This document shows positions 50,501-53,500 of a DNA stretch of 64,000 nucleotides, one piece after another. The DNA comes from Orbicella franksi (taxonomy: Eukaryota). The DNA is taken from the NCBI GenBank assembly GCA_964199315.1, contig OZ116712.1, positions 2,108,001-2,172,000 on the forward strand, written 5' to 3'. The translations under genes and the position numbers were made by a program. Under the pieces are notes generated by a model that was given only the letters and a program-made list of their open reading frames with translations, was not told the DNA's origin and searched no databases. Each line of letters begins with the position of its first letter. The first letter of the stretch is position 1.

Positions 50501-53500
50501 ATTATAAGACAAATGAGAATAACAAGGCTTGTACTAAGGTGTTGTGCACTTGTATTCCAAAACTTCAAACACGATAAAAGGAAACTAAACAACCATATAA
50601 TTATTATAGTATATTCAACGCGGGACTCAGTCACTAAAGTAGGATATCTCATGTGATAGTGAAGAGCCAGAAATCGATCGACAGTGATAGCTGTTATTGC
50701 TATAAGAGACACCACAGATAAAGAACTCACTGTTATTTTCCAAACAAGGTGAATAGAACCGTCTTCCGTAAGTTCTTTAGCAATATAAATCGGTTGAGCA
50801 ATGAGACCAACAAGGAGATCTGAAACAGCGAGACTGCAGAGCATAATCATGTGCGGTGAGCGAATTGAAGGCGTTCTAATTATGGCGGCCAATACCAAGG
50901 CGTTGCCCAGAATGGATATGAGCATCAGTGGAGCGTTAAGAACACAGTTTATGATGATAGTAGTTTCAGGAGTCGAGTTGTCTTCATTGTCTGAATGACG
51001 GTCTGCCGATCCTTTTTGGAGTTCGTGGTTACTTGGGTTGTCCATGATCAACGTTTAAGATTTAAATTCTTGATTTTTGAGCAGGAAAGTGCAGACAATA
51101 ATTTTTCCTTTTCATTCCACCGAAAAGGACGTAATTAAACTGGTCAACAGTGAAGACGCCACCTCCTCGAATCCAACGCAGTTAAGCCGGTGCATCGTCT
51201 TAATCAAACTTGCTCCTCCACCTTACATTTTTTCTGAATGTGTTGAGTCCCCTTTTAATCTTTTCCAAAAAAGCGACAGCGGTTTGTGCCGAGATTGGCA
51301 TGTAATTCATGTACTCAGAATTGGTCCAACAATGCAAATATAACTGAAAGATGGTGTGATTCAATTTCGAGTGATTTTTTGTGTTCACTCTATTCAGTAA
51401 TAACACAGTTTTTCATTTCTTCTCAGCCCTTGTTCATCAAGCAATTTTTTGACGCATTGAAAAACACTTACGAGACAATACTAGCTCATACCGGGAAAGT
51501 AAAGAAAAAGATTAGTTTTAAACAAAGAAAAAATGAAGTTTGTGCTGATTGTTTGGACAACAGTATAAAATCTACTTAGCTCTAACTCCTACAGAGTAAA
51601 CATCGCTTGAAGATGCATTTGGAAGTTTTATAGAGGCGGGCTTCTTCTATTTGGGTCTCACTTAAAATTCATGACATACGAAATATCAATGAAAATAAAA
51701 TTGAAAACAACGTTTTATATCCTAGGTGATCTTCTTTAGGAATCTGATCTGCAACTTCTCTCAATATTTCAATACACTGAGGAAAATTTCAGTGCACCTC
51801 GATCTAACTTGACGAAGTCTCTCTCTTTGCATTGTGTTAATATTTAATTTCGTTCAAAAAATGATTACTAGTTTACTTCCGTTTGTTGACATAATACCTG
51901 CTTTGCTGTTTTTACAATTGGCGCACGGAGTTCACGAAGACGCCAGCAATACAAAAATGGATTGATACAAGAGTTGCTGAACACTAGGGTAGAAGAAAAT
52001 TTCCATCCTATCTTCCAGTCCTTACTGACAGACGAAACTATATACACCGGAAAATAACAAATAATTAAAACTATGTACAAGACAAAAGTGTTCATTGCAC
52101 TTCTTTTCAATCGTGTTATGTTTAAGTTGTTTTCAGCGTCAGAACGTTCCACTGCCTGTTGTTGAGCGTTAATGTGTAGCTGATGCCGACGAACAATGCG
52201 ATAAATTCTGATGTAAGAAAATGTGGAAATTATAAGACAAATGACTATAAAAACGCCTATAAGAAAGATTTGTACACTTATTTTCCAAAAATAAAAAAAT
52301 GGTACAAGTAAACTAATCGACCATATGATTATTAAAAGATATTTAACACGGGATTCTGTCACTAAAGTAGCATATCTCATGTGATAGTGAAGAGCCAGAA
52401 ATCGATCCACAGTGATGGCTGTTATTGTCAGTAGAGAAACTCCACATAAGAAAGGTCCTATAATCTTCCAAACGTAATTAACGTAACGGTGTTTCGTAAG
52501 TTGTTGAGCGATATAAATCGGTTGAGCAATGAGACCAACAAGGAGATCTGAAACAGCGAGACTGCATAGCATAATCATGTGCGGCGTAGAGCGAATGGAA
52601 GGCGTTCTTATTATGGCGGCCAATACCAAAGCCTTGCCCAGAATGGATATGAGCATCATTGGAGCGTTGAGAATACAGTTTATGATGGTGACAGCTTCTC
52701 GAGTAGAGTTGTCTTCATTGTATGAATGATTTTCTCCCGAGCTGTTGTCGTGTAGGTCGATATTGTTCATTATCGAAACTGATTATGAATTCGTAGCGTC
52801 AGTGGTAAATTCTTGATTTAAGCTAAAATGTTGTCAAAAGTATGTTCTTTTCGTTCCGGCGAAAAGCCTGATGTCAGAAAACTGGTCAAATACTGAAGAC
52901 GCCTGTACTATGATAACAACACAGTTTAGCTCTGCACCGGTTTGTGTTTCATTGTGAATATAACCCAATAGCGTTTGATTAAACTGCGGTTGATTTTTGG
53001 GAGACTTTTCAAGATGGAAATTACCTTCTATTATTCAATGCAACCTTTCATTTCCTCTATTATTCATCAAGCACCCTGCTAATGATGCCCGCCGATCTTC
53101 GAGTTATTACAACCTCAAGGAGAGCAAACAACAGCAATAAAGCATGCTAAAATTGACGATTGTGCTAAGTTTTGAGACAATGAAATAAAAATTATCTTCA
53201 ACTTAGTCAGGTTATTTTGTCTGTCAATCGAATGCTCAATCAGTACTGATAACAACAAACTTTATTTCTCCCATTCAGTCCACATACCGATATTTACACT
53301 TAATTAATAAAGAGATGGGGGGTGCGGGCTGGCTTCGGAAATAACTACAAAGTCAAAGGGGGCAGGCAGGCAGTCAGTAATAGTGAACTAGTTATTGCCC
53401 TCTGTTTTACATAATAGGTTGCCATAGCAACAGTATAACCTGTAAAACGCCCTGAATTTTGGCTCAATGCTTGTTGCTTATAGCTCAAAAACGAACTTGG

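Noticed and set aside
32990-52525. The duplicated block as a pure haplotig artefact
   Set aside because: The chimeric junction and both copies of the GPCR-8 upstream region sit on one gap-free contig, away from the N-runs. This is not fully excluded without reads.
14909-52729. Recurrent + strand ORFs (MRPTRKSETARLQSII..MEGVLIMAANTKALPRMDMSISGALRTQFMM) opposite each receptor
   Set aside because: They are the antisense shadow of the conserved TM1-TM2 block: 60-92 aa, variable ends, no independent support. Their recurrence is explained by nucleotide homogenisation.
13500-53460. Oppositely oriented copies of one repeat family near both ends of the array, suggesting a composite transposon
   Set aside because: They are partial internal pieces of a common dispersed repeat, with no TSD or terminal symmetry.
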